Shown here in pieces: positions 9,317-19,249 of a stretch of 64,000 bases of DNA; position 1 is the stretch's first letter; each line of letters starts with the position of its first letter. The notes below the pieces were generated by a model. That model made no database searches. It was not told the origin of the DNA and saw only the letters and a program-made list of their open reading frames with translations. The translations under genes and the position numbers were made by a program. The DNA lies in NCBI GenBank assembly GCA_017432665.1, contig JAFRIS010000014.1, forward strand, positions 4,383-68,382, read 5' to 3'. This DNA comes from Bacilli bacterium. Lineage in GTDB: Bacteria; Bacillota_I; Bacilli_A; RF39; UBA660.

Positions 9317-10861
9317 ATGATTATTCGTAAACCATATGCATTCCTTATCAAAAACTTTAGAAAAGTTCACGCAGTATTACTACTTATAAGTTTATATGTA
9401 TTGTTTAAACTATTAGATGTAAGTAGTTTTATTAGTGATTTTATGAGTTTTGGTATTTATGATTATTCTAATAATCCAATTGGCAAGCATGTTACTATAT
9501 TTTTACATGTTGCAATTTTTGTGTTGTTAGTTGGCAGCTTCTTTCTAGTATTATTATTAAAAAGAAAAGAAAAACCATGGAAAATATATTTAGTCCCAAT
9601 AATTGAATATGTTGCTTTATTCCTGGTGTTAGGAATGATTACTAGTTTCTTTAATCATTTTAATAATGGAATCGCAACTACTGATGTTCGTTTATCAAGA
9701 GATTTATTAGTTATACTTATTTTAGGTAATTTTGCTACTATAGGTATTTTTGGTATGCGTTTATTAGGCATGGATATTAATAAATTTAATTTCGCTTCTG
9801 ATGAAGAATTCTTAGAATTAGCTGAAGAAGATCGCGAAGAAGTAGAATTAAGAGTAAAAATTGATAAAAATATTTTTATTAGATTATATAATCGAACTGT
9901 TAGAAATCTAAATTATTTCTACTTAGAGCATAAAAGATTATGTAATTCTTTTTTTGGAATTATTGGTTTAGTACTATTAGCTGTAATTGCTAAAACTATT
10001 TTTGTCACTAATAAAAGTTATAATGAAGGTGATTTTTATTCAGCTAATGGTTATACCATTAAAATTAATAAGTCGTATTTTACAGATAAAGACTACAAAG
10101 GAGAAATAATTTCTAAAGATAGTAACTTTGTAGTTGTTGATTTAACTATTACTAACAATGCTGAGTCTAGAATAATTAAACTAGATAATTTTCACTTAAA
10201 AACAGGAGTTAGTGATTTTACTACTACTAGAAAGACTTATGAAAAGGAGTTTCAAGATTTAGGAACTACTTATAACGAAAAGAAAGAATTAAAAAGAGAG
10301 GAAACTGCTCAAATAATTATTGTTTTTAAAGTAGCTAAAGAATTGAATAAAGATAATTTTGCCCTTTTTTATCAAGAGGGTACAGGAACACTTAGAAAAA
10401 TTAAATTAAATATTACTGATATTAGTGAAATAAAAGATAAAGGAATTGTTAAAATTGGAGAGAATTTAACTCTTAAATTAAAAAGAAAAGAAACGATTTC
10501 TTTAGATAGTTATGCTTTTACTGATAAAGTTACTTATCCGATTAGAAAATGTAATACAGAAAAGTGTGTTATAGAAAAGGTTTCCTATAATGCAACCAAA
10601 GGAAATAAAGTCTTAAAAGTAGACTTTGCTTCAGATAATTTTGAAGGCAAAGACATGGTTGACTTTTGTGCTGATTATGGTAAAATAAATTATATAGATA
10701 ATAATAAGATGGAACATTCCGTAGAGTTTAAATATCCTTTCCAAAATCAAGCTATTGGAAAGACTCTTTATACTCTTGTCCCTGATGAGGTTGTGAAGTC
10801 TGAAACATTGGAATTTGTCTATGTAATTAGAAATGAAAAGTATACTTATAAGTTGAAATAA
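9317..10861 (+). CDS. Membrane protein with 4 N-terminal TM helices and a beta-rich extracytoplasmic C-terminal domain
   Basis: 514 aa. The C-terminal region is of the DUF4352-like type (unverified). It is the first gene of the long co-directional block. Confidence 0.45.
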   Translation: MIIRKPYAFLIKNFRKVHAVLLLISLYVLFKLLDVSSFISDFMSFGIYDYSNNPIGKHVTIFLHVAIFVLLVGSFFLVLLLKRKEKPWKIYLVPIIEYVALFLVLGMITSFFNHFNNGIATTDVRLSRDLLVILILGNFATIGIFGMRLLGMDINKFNFASDEEFLELAEEDREEVELRVKIDKNIFIRLYNRTVRNLNYFYLEHKRLCNSFFGIIGLVLLAVIAKTIFVTNKSYNEGDFYSANGYTIKINKSYFTDKDYKGEIISKDSNFVVVDLTITNNAESRIIKLDNFHLKTGVSDFTTTRKTYEKEFQDLGTTYNEKKELKREETAQIIIVFKVAKELNKDNFALFYQEGTGTLRKIKLNITDISEIKDKGIVKIGENLTLKLKRKETISLDSYAFTDKVTYPIRKCNTEKCVIEKVSYNATKGNKVLKVDFASDNFEGKDMVDFCADYGKINYIDNNKMEHSVEFKYPFQNQAIGKTLYTLVPDEVVKSETLEFVYVIRNEKYTYKLK

Positions 10862-10871
10862 GGAGATATTT

Positions 10872-12653
10872 ATGAGTGATGCACTAAAGGATAAAATGAA
10901 GATAGCTATTACTGCAGCTATCATTGGGTTGTTTATTTGGTTTTTAGTTGTCTCTCCAATGATTACTTTTCATCGTAATGAAAAGAAAGTAGAAGAAGCT
11001 GCTAAAAGATATTTTGATCTTTATAGTAATGAGCTTCCTACGGGTGAGAGAGTAAAGACTGTTAGCTTAATAACGCTATATGATAAAGCCTTTATGAAGG
11101 AAGATGTTTATATACCATATACTAAAAAAACTTGTTCGGTTAATGATAGCTGGGTAAAAGTTAGAAAAGTAAATGGAGAATATAAATATTATACTTACTT
11201 AAAATGTGGAGTGTTAAACTCAACTGTCGATCATAAAGGACCAGAAATAAAATTATATGGTGATGAAGAAATGACAGTTAATAGAGGAGAGAAATACAAA
11301 GAACCGGGTGTTAAGAGTGTGGTTGACAACTCTGATGGTAAAATGAGTCTTGAATCTGTAACGGTCAAGGGTAAAGTTGATACATCTGAGATAGGAACTT
11401 ATGATGTTCAATATGTTGCGTTTGATTCATTGAGTAATAAAACTGTCGTTACTAGAACAGTTACAGTTGTTCAAAAATTAGGACCGACAGTTAAGAAAGC
11501 TACAGGAAATGTTGATTATTATGTTGGGGATGCTGACAACAATTATATTTATTTCTCTAATATGTTATTTAGAATAATAGGATCAAATGGTAATAATGTT
11601 AAAATCATTGCTGATAAAGATATTGCTAATGTTAATTATGAAGGTATTGATGAATGGTTTAAATATTATGAAAAGCATTTAACAGATGAGGCTAAGAAAT
11701 TAATTGTTAAGTCTAAGTATTGTGATATGGGTCTATCAAAGGGTACTACTGATACTACTCAATGTAATCATTATGGGACAGAAAAGAACTTTGGATTAAT
11801 TTCAATTGATGAAATTAACAAAGCTACACCAAAGGGTGAAAACAGTTTCTTGATGCCTGAGACGGTATCGTGGATAGCTAATATTAAAAATGCAGAAGAG
11901 GCTTATACAGTTATAGTATTTTCTGAGAGTGCTACAGAATATTCTAAGAAACATAATTATGGTGTACGACCAGTTATAACTATTGATGGAGAAACATTAA
12001 TAAAATCTGGTGATGGTACTGAAGAAAAACCATACATTTTAACTGATTATAAGAAAGTAAAGAAGAATACAGAATTAAACAAGAGATATCCTGGAGAATA
12101 TATTACTTATGGAGGAGTTACTTGGAGAATAATTGAAACTAATAGTGATGGAACTACTAAAGTAATATGTGATGAAGAATTGGCTGATGGTGATAATTAT
12201 CTTACTTTTGCTGATCCTGAAGGACTAAAAAATCACATCTATAATCCGGAAAAGAAAGATAATGTTGGATATTTTGTTAATAATCATTCTAGTGAATATA
12301 TAGATACAGGTTATTTTGTAACACATGAAATAAAGGTTCCTATTTATGAAAAAGAACCAATGTATAAAAAAGAAGTAGAAACTAAGAAATATACTGTTAA
12401 ACTATCAGCGCCAAATATGTATGAAATGTTTAGTGCTAGTCCAGCTAAGACATTCGTAGAATCTTATGGATTAATTAATTCTTCAAAAGATGCGATTGAA
12501 AATCCAGGAGTAGATAATGACGGTGTTGTTCTATATAGTTATGAATCAACAAATTATCAATATGGTGTACGACCAGTTGCTTATTTTGATAAGAGAGTTG
12601 TAATAAATGGTGGTAAAGGTACTGAAAATAGTCCTTTCAAAGTAGAAAAGTAG
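10872..12653 (+). CDS. N-anchored surface protein with an Ig-like DUF5011 domain and repeated GVRPV...GxGT..PY modules
   Basis: N-terminal TM. DUF5011-like segment (GPEIKLYGDEEMTVNRGEKYKEPGVK...GTYDVQYVAFDSLSNKTVVTRTVTVV). The YGVRPV motif occurs twice. It is a paralog of 34649-35902. Confidence 0.6.
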   Translation: MSDALKDKMKIAITAAIIGLFIWFLVVSPMITFHRNEKKVEEAAKRYFDLYSNELPTGERVKTVSLITLYDKAFMKEDVYIPYTKKTCSVNDSWVKVRKVNGEYKYYTYLKCGVLNSTVDHKGPEIKLYGDEEMTVNRGEKYKEPGVKSVVDNSDGKMSLESVTVKGKVDTSEIGTYDVQYVAFDSLSNKTVVTRTVTVVQKLGPTVKKATGNVDYYVGDADNNYIYFSNMLFRIIGSNGNNVKIIADKDIANVNYEGIDEWFKYYEKHLTDEAKKLIVKSKYCDMGLSKGTTDTTQCNHYGTEKNFGLISIDEINKATPKGENSFLMPETVSWIANIKNAEEAYTVIVFSESATEYSKKHNYGVRPVITIDGETLIKSGDGTEEKPYILTDYKKVKKNTELNKRYPGEYITYGGVTWRIIETNSDGTTKVICDEELADGDNYLTFADPEGLKNHIYNPEKKDNVGYFVNNHSSEYIDTGYFVTHEIKVPIYEKEPMYKKEVETKKYTVKLSAPNMYEMFSASPAKTFVESYGLINSSKDAIENPGVDNDGVVLYSYESTNYQYGVRPVAYFDKRVVINGGKGTENSPFKVEK

Positions 12654-12661
12654 GTGATAGA

Positions 12662-13474
12662 TTGGATAAGAAAAGAAAAAGAAAAGGGGAAAAAGTTGAT
12701 ATCTTATCAATAATAATGCTCCTGTTACTGATTGCGATCGGAACATTGGCATTTGAATTAAAAAATAGTACTGACTATCAAACTCAATCTAGAGAGTTAG
12801 AAATAAAAGAAGCTCAAAATAATGATAATAATGATAAAAAGACGGTTGGATGGTTAAGAGTTCAAGGAACAAATATCGATCTTCCTATAATATATGCGCC
12901 ATTTTACGATTTCGCATATGAAACGGGTAATTTTGCTTGGACTGAGGCAGATTTTAAAGAATTAAACAATATTGTTTATATTACTGGTCACAATATTAAA
13001 AATATGTCAGCTAGACCACTGATTGCTGATGAAAGTCATGATCGATTTGAGCAGCTAATGAGTTATGTATATGTTGAATTTGCTAAAGAAAATCAATTTA
13101 TTCAATATACATTTAATGGAGAAGATTATTTATATAGAATCTATTCAATTGCTTTTATTGATGAATCTGATATAGATATGTATAACAGAGGAGAATATAC
13201 TAAAGATGATATGAACCGATTTATCAAAACTACTAATGAGAAGAGTATCTATAAATATGATGTAGATGTTAATAATGAAGATAAATTTATTTCATTAAAT
13301 ACATGTACGAATATGTTTGGAGAAAGTGAAAATATTCGTATAACTATAAACGCTAGACTTGTTCGAGACGATGAAAAAGCAAAACTTGCTCAAGTAAAAA
13401 AATCTGAGCAATATAGAATCATAGATAATATTATGGAAGGTGGAGATTCTGATGAAGAAACAGATGAAGTTTAA
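12662..13474 (+). CDS. srtB: Class B sortase
   Basis: Basic N-terminus followed by a TM. VGWL, ITGHN (His), ISLNTCT (Cys) and RITINARLV (Arg) align with the S. aureus SrtB catalytic residues. TTG start after an AGGTGA RBS. Confidence 0.75.
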   Translation: MDKKRKRKGEKVDILSIIMLLLLIAIGTLAFELKNSTDYQTQSRELEIKEAQNNDNNDKKTVGWLRVQGTNIDLPIIYAPFYDFAYETGNFAWTEADFKELNNIVYITGHNIKNMSARPLIADESHDRFEQLMSYVYVEFAKENQFIQYTFNGEDYLYRIYSIAFIDESDIDMYNRGEYTKDDMNRFIKTTNEKSIYKYDVDVNNEDKFISLNTCTNMFGESENIRITINARLVRDDEKAKLAQVKKSEQYRIIDNIMEGGDSDEETDEV

Positions 13475-16469
13475 AAAAGGAATTATAGGGGTTGCAGTAA
13501 TCATTATTGCTGCGGTAGTATTCTTTTCAGCAAAGTCTATGAACAAAGTTGTAGCAGCTAATAATTCTTGCAATAATGCTACAGAATTACAACAATACTA
13601 TAACTTAGCATATGATTGGTCGAATGATGACAAAAAGTTAATTCTCACGACTAAACACGGTAGTTTTAGAATGATTGCAATAAGCCATCCTGAATACTTT
13701 ACAAATACTTTTACTAAAGATTCAGATGGGTACTATAAGATAGATAATGCAAAAGGAACAATTGATAGAGATCATAAACTTACATTGACGATTAAGGATG
13801 TTTCAAGTTTAAATATTCAAAATGAAGATTATGGATTTACTATGAGACTAGCATTATCAGAAAATGATAGTGTAAAAGGATGCCTTTCAATGGCAGAGTT
13901 CAACAGAACTCATTCAGGAGCAACTTTTGAGTCTGGATTAATTGAAATTGAACTTCCAAAGAGTAGTATTACTGCTGGTGGAGCACCTGGTGTTGATAAT
14001 AGTAATTATAATAGAGCTTGTTTGGCTCTAAGAGAAGGAAAAGATCCAACAGGAAAGATTAATGTTTCTGGTGTTAATTATTTAAAATTATATAACGCTA
14101 GTTATCGTGAAGATTATAAAGCATTAGTTCCAAGTTGTTGGCAAGCAAAAGTTTCTAACCCATTTGAAGAAAATGAAATGATTGAAATAATTCGTATCGC
14201 TTTATCATCAACGTATGAACAACATCATTTATCAGTAGGTGAAGGTGATACCGACGGTGGAACTGCTTGGTTAATCAATTTCGATAATGTAGTTAAAGCA
14301 GCTAAAGAAGAAGATAAAACTGCTAAGACTAATAAAGAAAAACATGTATTCTATACTGATGGAAAAAGAAATTTCTTTACTGCTAAAAAAGGTACAAAAG
14401 TATTTGAATTTGGTAATAAAGATAAAAATGTTGGTATAGGAATGAAATGTAGAATTAAGGCTAATTCAGAGGAGAGAGCTACTTTAGATTATTCTAATTT
14501 ATTAGAACATAGTGGAGTAGATTCTAGTGGTAATCCAATTTATAACATTAATGCTAATACTCAACATTATTATGCATGGAATGAATTGATTGAAACAGTT
14601 ACTTATAAATGGAATTACACTAAAGGAAATAGTTTATCAGATAAAAAGAAAACAGAAGTAGTAAATGCTTGTACTAGAATTTGTGAAGAAGCTGTAGAAG
14701 TTAAATATGGACCTCCAGTTGCTTCTAAAGCAGGATTATGTTTTGAATATCAAGTACAAGTAACAAGTAGAGTTAAATGTAAAGCAATAATTAATGCTAA
14801 ACCTCCAAAAGAACCTAAGGTATGTGAACCAAATCCTAAATGTAATAATGTGCCTGGTTATATTCACCAAGCTGGTGGTAATGAAGAATTTGCAGCATGT
14901 ATCCATGAATGTGATGGTGGAAAATACACTAAAGCATGTAGTGATGCTTGTTATGCAGAAGTATATGAAGGTGCTGATAATAAAACAGCAGCTCGTATAG
15001 ATACAGCTAGAACTGAGCAATTAGGATTAAGCAGTGCCTGGTTTAAAGGATATTACAAGTGGAGTGGCGGATCTATTCAATGGGTAAGTCAAGGAAAGAA
15101 AAATACTTATGCTAGATATTATAAACTGTTTGAATATGGAAAAACTTCAAGAGATCATGCTGGTTATGCTGGTAAACAATATAGACCGGTTAATGGATTT
15201 AAACGTAGGATTAAGCCAACTCGTTGTAAAGATAGTTGTTATTTTAGAGGATGTAGTCAAACTCAATATCTAAATAAAGATGAGGCGCATGAAGATTACA
15301 TCAGTAACTTAAAGAAATATAATGCAGCTATTGCTAAATGTAAGGCTAGTGCTTCATGTACAACAAAAACAGCTACATTTACAATTAAAACTGATTATAA
15401 GAGCGGTAATGGACAAACTGTAACAGTTGATTATCCTTATACAGGAAATACTCCTACAACTCCAGAAACATTAACAAGTAGTGATAATGCTAATAATTGT
15501 CATAATCCTGGTAATGTTACAAAAGATAAAGATATTATCTTAAAATATGCTGGATGTTATGCTAAATGTGGTCAAGGACTTCAATATCAAAGTAGATGGA
15601 GTTTCCCAGGATCATGGATTAACAAAAAGACTGGAGAACTTTCATTTGTACCAAAGAATGGAACAGGATGGACTGAAAAAGATGATAAGTTCTGTATTCC
15701 ATTAGATGCTCAAGACGTTAATTCTAAGTGGTGGAAATACTATTATGCATTATATAATGCAAATCATGTTACTTCATATAATACTACTCAAGCAGCTATT
15801 GCAAACTGTATAAGTCTTCTTCCAGAAACAGTTGCTAGTGTTACAGAAAGCGACATTGATAAATGGAATATTAAAGGTTCTACTAGAAACTTTGGATATT
15901 ATGGATGGAACTTTGATATATCTTGCTTCTATGCATTGAATACTAAGTTGAATAAAACGACAACAACTACTACAGAATATACAAATAGTTGTGTTCCAAA
16001 CAATCCACAATCTGCATACAAAATTAGAACGGTTGATTTGAAGAACATGTTCCCAGATAATAGCAAAGCTTCTGGAGCACGTGAACCAGGATTCAACTGG
16101 TCAAGCAATGCCAATATCTTAGCAAGCAATGGTAAGGTAGAGCCTAATCAACAAGTTATGCCTTCAGTATATGCTCAAAAAGTTCAAAGTGAAGGTTATA
16201 ATATTTACAACAACAATAATATTGATTATGAATTTGAATTAACAAAAGAAATGATCAAAAATATAAAAGGAAATGATAGAAATTACACTAATTTCACAGG
16301 TAACATGGTTACTCGAAATGGTATGGTTTCATATCAAAGTGATGTTATTAGAAAAGGAGCGTTTGCTTCATCTAGTAATAAAGTAATGAATACTGCGGCT
16401 ATTGGATGTAACAATGTAGAAAACTACAGAAGTGCAGTATGTAGCAATATACAAGAGGAGGGGAAATAA
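13452..16469 (+). CDS. Large Cys-rich secreted protein (about 1005 aa) with a signal peptide
   Basis: MKKQMKFKKGIIGVAVIIIAAVVFFSA signal peptide and more than 40 Cys. There is no C-terminal LPXTG/NPQTN sorting signal and no C-terminal TM. It lies between the sortase and the Tad genes. Confidence 0.6.
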   Translation: MKKQMKFKKGIIGVAVIIIAAVVFFSAKSMNKVVAANNSCNNATELQQYYNLAYDWSNDDKKLILTTKHGSFRMIAISHPEYFTNTFTKDSDGYYKIDNAKGTIDRDHKLTLTIKDVSSLNIQNEDYGFTMRLALSENDSVKGCLSMAEFNRTHSGATFESGLIEIELPKSSITAGGAPGVDNSNYNRACLALREGKDPTGKINVSGVNYLKLYNASYREDYKALVPSCWQAKVSNPFEENEMIEIIRIALSSTYEQHHLSVGEGDTDGGTAWLINFDNVVKAAKEEDKTAKTNKEKHVFYTDGKRNFFTAKKGTKVFEFGNKDKNVGIGMKCRIKANSEERATLDYSNLLEHSGVDSSGNPIYNINANTQHYYAWNELIETVTYKWNYTKGNSLSDKKKTEVVNACTRICEEAVEVKYGPPVASKAGLCFEYQVQVTSRVKCKAIINAKPPKEPKVCEPNPKCNNVPGYIHQAGGNEEFAACIHECDGGKYTKACSDACYAEVYEGADNKTAARIDTARTEQLGLSSAWFKGYYKWSGGSIQWVSQGKKNTYARYYKLFEYGKTSRDHAGYAGKQYRPVNGFKRRIKPTRCKDSCYFRGCSQTQYLNKDEAHEDYISNLKKYNAAIAKCKASASCTTKTATFTIKTDYKSGNGQTVTVDYPYTGNTPTTPETLTSSDNANNCHNPGNVTKDKDIILKYAGCYAKCGQGLQYQSRWSFPGSWINKKTGELSFVPKNGTGWTEKDDKFCIPLDAQDVNSKWWKYYYALYNANHVTSYNTTQAAIANCISLLPETVASVTESDIDKWNIKGSTRNFGYYGWNFDISCFYALNTKLNKTTTTTTEYTNSCVPNNPQSAYKIRTVDLKNMFPDNSKASGAREPGFNWSSNANILASNGKVEPNQQVMPSVYAQKVQSEGYNIYNNNNIDYEFELTKEMIKNIKGNDRNYTNFTGNMVTRNGMVSYQSDVIRKGAFASSSNKVMNTAAIGCNNVENYRSAVCSNIQEEGK

Positions 16470-16472
16470 TAT

Positions 16473-16961
16473 ATGAACAAAGGAATTTTAACAGTAGGAA
16501 TTATCCTTCTTAGTGTAATTGCATTAGTTTTAATAAATGTATTAACAAATTATTCTACAGGTAGTGAGTTAGATTACTATTTAGTAAAAGAAACAACAGA
16601 CGCTGCTATGGAAGATGCAATTGATATTTCTTATCTAAGAACATGCGGTGTCTATCGATTAGATAAAGAAAAGTTCGTAGAGAGCTTTCTTTATCGATTC
16701 GTCGATAGTGTAGATACAACTAGAGGTTATACTATTGGTTTTTATGATATTAACGAAGTACCACCAAAGGTTAGTGTAAAAGTTGATTCATTAACGGCGT
16801 TAACTTTTAAAGCTAATACAGGAAATGGAGAAGAAGATATCGAAGGAAACATTAGTACTAGTTATGATGCTATACTTGAATCTAAGTATTTAACAGATTT
16901 ACCTACAGAAGAAGGAATGCAGAGTAAAACAAGTGATGCTTGTAAGGCTGTAAAAGGATAA
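16473..16961 (+). CDS. Small N-anchored protein with a prepilin-like N-terminus (MNKG-ILTVGIILL); possible pseudopilin
   Basis: 162 aa with a short basic leader ending in Gly followed by a hydrophobic stretch. It sits in the Tad locus. Confidence 0.4.
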   Translation: MNKGILTVGIILLSVIALVLINVLTNYSTGSELDYYLVKETTDAAMEDAIDISYLRTCGVYRLDKEKFVESFLYRFVDSVDTTRGYTIGFYDINEVPPKVSVKVDSLTALTFKANTGNGEEDIEGNISTSYDAILESKYLTDLPTEEGMQSKTSDACKAVKG

Positions 16962-16982
16962 TAAGGAAGGTGAGAGGATAAA

Positions 16983-17801
16983 ATGGGAAATTTAAGTACA
17001 AGCTTTAAAAAATTTATGCAAAACAAAAATACAGTTACTGTAGTAGGAGTTATTGCAGCAATCTTCGTATTATATATTGCATATACAATGAGAATAAACA
17101 AAGCGATAAATCCAATTGTTGTTCCTTATGCATCTGAACAGATACCTGCAGGAACTCAAATAACTGAATCAATGGTTGATACTAGAGAAGTACCACCTGC
17201 AATGTTAAAGGGTGATGTAATTCAAAATAAGAGTGAAATCATTGATAAATATTCAGCTGCTGATGTAGTTATTCCAGAAGGAAGTTTATTCTACAAAAGA
17301 GCAGTAGTTGAAAAAGAACAATTACCTGCTAATATCATATTAGACTATCCTAAAGGATATGTACTATATAATTTACCAGTTGATATTTCTGATACTTATG
17401 GTAACTCAGTATATCCAGGTAACTATATTGATATTTGGTTAAAAGCTGTTTATAAAATAGCTGATGAAGAAAAACCAACTGCTGAAGAAAAAGCAAATGC
17501 TAATAAGATTATGTATGGTAAATTAATATCTAACATTCAAGTATTAGCAGTTAAAGATGGTTCTGGTAGACCAGTATTCCAAAATATAGATGAAGAAAGA
17601 GTACCAGCAATGATTGTATTTGCTGTACCAGAAGATATTTATACATTGCTTTCTAAAGCAAGTTACATGAGAACTTATGATACTGATATCGTATTAGTTC
17701 CAACGAATGAAAGTGTTAAAGATGAACCAGGAGAACTAGAAATTAGTAGTGAACAACTAAAAGAATGGATCAATGAAAACACTTATTGGACAGAACATTA
17801 A
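16983..17801 (+). CDS. cpaB: Flp pilus assembly protein CpaB/RcpC (SAF domain)
   Basis: N-terminal TM followed by SAF/CpaB-like domains. It lies immediately upstream of the TadA ATPase. Confidence 0.7.
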   Translation: MGNLSTSFKKFMQNKNTVTVVGVIAAIFVLYIAYTMRINKAINPIVVPYASEQIPAGTQITESMVDTREVPPAMLKGDVIQNKSEIIDKYSAADVVIPEGSLFYKRAVVEKEQLPANIILDYPKGYVLYNLPVDISDTYGNSVYPGNYIDIWLKAVYKIADEEKPTAEEKANANKIMYGKLISNIQVLAVKDGSGRPVFQNIDEERVPAMIVFAVPEDIYTLLSKASYMRTYDTDIVLVPTNESVKDEPGELEISSEQLKEWINENTYWTEH

Positions 17802-17840
17802 AATAAAGAAAAAAAGAAAGAATAAAGGGATGTGAGCTCA

Positions 17841-19235
17841 ATGAATGAAAACATATTTGACAAATTAGACTTCGGACCATTTCGTTCGTTATTAGATAAC
17901 GATGATATTACCGATATTTCATATGATAACAATGGACAGATATGGATTCGTTCATTGACTCAAGGATCTTTGCGTGTTGAAGTTGAAGGGGCAACTCCTG
18001 AATTCGTTGAGAAGTTGGCCTTTCAATGTTCCAACGTAATGGGAACAACATTTAATAATGCTAAGCCATTCCTAGATGCTGAATCTGCTGAGTTACGTAT
18101 GAATTTCGTACATCAGTCAATTGCAACTAATGGAATAGCACTAGTTATTCGTAAAACTCCGGCTAAGATTAGATTGGAGAAAGAAAAACTAATTCAAGAA
18201 GACTATTTTACTCCAGCTATACATGACTTTTTAATAAAATGTGTTGAAGGTCACTGTAATATAATGGTTGCTGGAGAAACTGGTTCTGGTAAAACAGAAT
18301 TTGTTAAATATTTAGCTAGTCACACAAAGACTAATGAAAAAATAATAACTATTGAAGATACATTAGAGTTGCACTTAGATAAAATCTTCCCACAAAGAGA
18401 TATAGTTGCAATGAAAACTAACAATGTAGCTTCATACTCAGACGTGTTAGTTACTTGTATGCGTCAGAATCCGAAGTGGATTCTATTATCAGAAGTTCGT
18501 TCTGCAGAAGCTGTTTCTGCTGTACGTAACTCTATTTCATCAGGACATAACATCTTATCAACTATCCATGCCGATAAGGCATCTGCTATACCATATCGTT
18601 TATATTCATTAATGGAAACAGACTTGGATGTTCACCAATTTTTAACGACAATTTATCGTTATATTCAATTAGGTGTCCATATCAAAGCTTTCTATAGTAA
18701 AGAATATGGAAAATTCCATCGTGAATTAGATGAGGTTTCAGAATTCTATGTTGATGATGAAAATGTACCTAGATCAAGAATTATTTATCAAAAAATCTTT
18801 GGTAAACCAATAATGTGTAAGCCTAGTGCTCATTTGGTTGAATATCTTGAAAATCAAAATATTGAAGTTCAAAGTATAATCAAAGATTTACCTGATGAAT
18901 TACCACTTACTGAAGTAATTCAAGAAGGGGAACAAGAATTAGAAAATAACGGTTCTGTTACACAAGAATCGAATAATACAAAAGAGGTTAAGCAACCCGA
19001 GGCTGCTCCGACAGTAGCTCAACAATCACAACCACCACAAGCACAACCTGCACCTGAACCACAAATGGTACAAGGGCAAGCTGCTAGTGAACCAGTTGTT
19101 GCTAATGGAGATGTTCAAATGGCAGCTCCAGTAGTAAACTCAGTGGTTGATAATAAGGCTGCTCAACCACAAGTTGCAGGAGCTCAAGCACCGGTTGCTG
19201 CTCCACAACCTAATATAACTAAATTAGAAGGATAA
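17841..19235 (+). CDS. tadA: Tad/Flp pilus ATPase TadA/CpaF (VirB11/GspE superfamily), with a C-terminal Pro/Gln/Ala-rich tail
   Basis: Walker A GETGSGKT, Asp box and His box region (ILSTIHA). A C-terminal tail of about 90 aa is PQA-rich. Confidence 0.85.
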   Translation: MNENIFDKLDFGPFRSLLDNDDITDISYDNNGQIWIRSLTQGSLRVEVEGATPEFVEKLAFQCSNVMGTTFNNAKPFLDAESAELRMNFVHQSIATNGIALVIRKTPAKIRLEKEKLIQEDYFTPAIHDFLIKCVEGHCNIMVAGETGSGKTEFVKYLASHTKTNEKIITIEDTLELHLDKIFPQRDIVAMKTNNVASYSDVLVTCMRQNPKWILLSEVRSAEAVSAVRNSISSGHNILSTIHADKASAIPYRLYSLMETDLDVHQFLTTIYRYIQLGVHIKAFYSKEYGKFHRELDEVSEFYVDDENVPRSRIIYQKIFGKPIMCKPSAHLVEYLENQNIEVQSIIKDLPDELPLTEVIQEGEQELENNGSVTQESNNTKEVKQPEAAPTVAQQSQPPQAQPAPEPQMVQGQAASEPVVANGDVQMAAPVVNSVVDNKAAQPQVAGAQAPVAAPQPNITKLEG

Positions 19236-19249
19236 AAGGAGTTGAGGAT

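Noticed and set aside
10631-16129. Antisense and overlapping short ORFs (10631-10924 minus, 12546-12752 minus, 13295-13573 minus, 14736-15020 minus, 14794-15000 plus, 15774-16010 minus, 15929-16129 minus)
   Set aside because: They lie entirely inside long, well-supported plus-strand genes, have no RBS, and their composition matches shadow frames of AT-rich coding DNA.
10872-16469. C-terminal LPXTG/NPQTN sortase sorting signals in the large surface proteins
   Set aside because: The C-termini of 10872, 13452 and 34649 were inspected. None ends in a motif followed by a hydrophobic segment and a basic tail. 60221 has a C-terminal TM but no recognisable pentapeptide.
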